32,000 bases of DNA from Thermodesulfobacteriota bacterium. GTDB taxonomy: Bacteria; Desulfobacterota; WTBG01; JAGOGO01. A program made the translations under genes and the position numbers. The notes under the pieces are model-generated. The model did no database searches, was not told the origin of the DNA, and saw nothing but the letters and a program-made list of their open reading frames with translations. Positions 31,901-32,000 of the stretch are shown here, piece by piece; the first letter of the stretch is position 1, and the number at the start of each line of letters is the position of its first letter. The stretch covers positions 2,265,622 to 2,297,621 of the forward strand of contig CP113000.1 of NCBI GenBank assembly GCA_026625185.1, written 5' to 3'.

Positions 31901-32000
31901 ATGTGCGAGGCATATCAAAATATTAATTTTCTTAATTACAGTTATGGTACTCCGATAGCAGTAGTTTTACTACTGGGCCTTTTTGTTTTATTTTCAGGAT
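31901..32000 (+). CDS. Possible 5' end of a membrane-protein gene running off the right edge
   Basis: ATG 31901 opens a stop-free frame to the window end (MCEAYQNINFLNYSYGTPIAVVLLLGLFVLFSG). TATAAT lies at 31886-31891. There is no clear SD. Confidence 0.25.
   Translation, partial: MCEAYQNINFLNYSYGTPIAVVLLLGLFVLFSG

Overview
This is a bacterial chromosomal segment, probably from an uncultured organism, and it reads as a mosaic accessory/defence island. I found no rRNA, tRNA or CRISPR array. From left to right the window holds seven blocks. (i) A giant TraD/VirD4-like ATPase that runs off the left edge (not in the ORF track), translationally coupled to a low-complexity membrane protein. (ii) An AT-richer three-gene cassette of formyltransferase, PIG-L/LmbE deacetylase fusion and Nudix hydrolase. 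(iii) A compact minus-strand module: XRE regulator, wHTH Rep-like protein, two tandem RuvC-like paralogues (one catalytically degenerate), a DUF5678-like protein, a retropepsin-like protease and a bacterial-PH membrane protein. (iv) A TrmB regulator and a RecD2 helicase, which are likely core genes. (v) About 10.8 kb bracketed by a diverged ~110-bp direct repeat. It carries a 2-TM protein, a PIN-like protein, a large serine recombinase, AbiEi/AbiEii and a CBASS operon (DUF2188 gene, Cap5 HNH-SAVED, CD-NTase, stand-alone E2 with SEC-C tail). An XRE + ImmA (CapH/CapP-like) pair sits upstream, and two near-identical operator palindromes lie on consensus-like promoters. (vi) An AlbA_2 / DUF3644 / repeat-TM-SH3 gene trio. 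(vii) A small serine recombinase flanked by inverted 13-18 bp sites (Hin-like invertible segment), then a membrane protein and a thioester-reductase-like SDR. The best candidates for undescribed systems are the 2-TM + PIN-like pair, the AlbA_2/DUF3644/SH3 trio, the Nudix/LmbE-fusion/formyltransferase cassette and the orphan coupling-protein-like ATPase module. All family names come from motif recognition by eye and need profile-HMM or structure confirmation.
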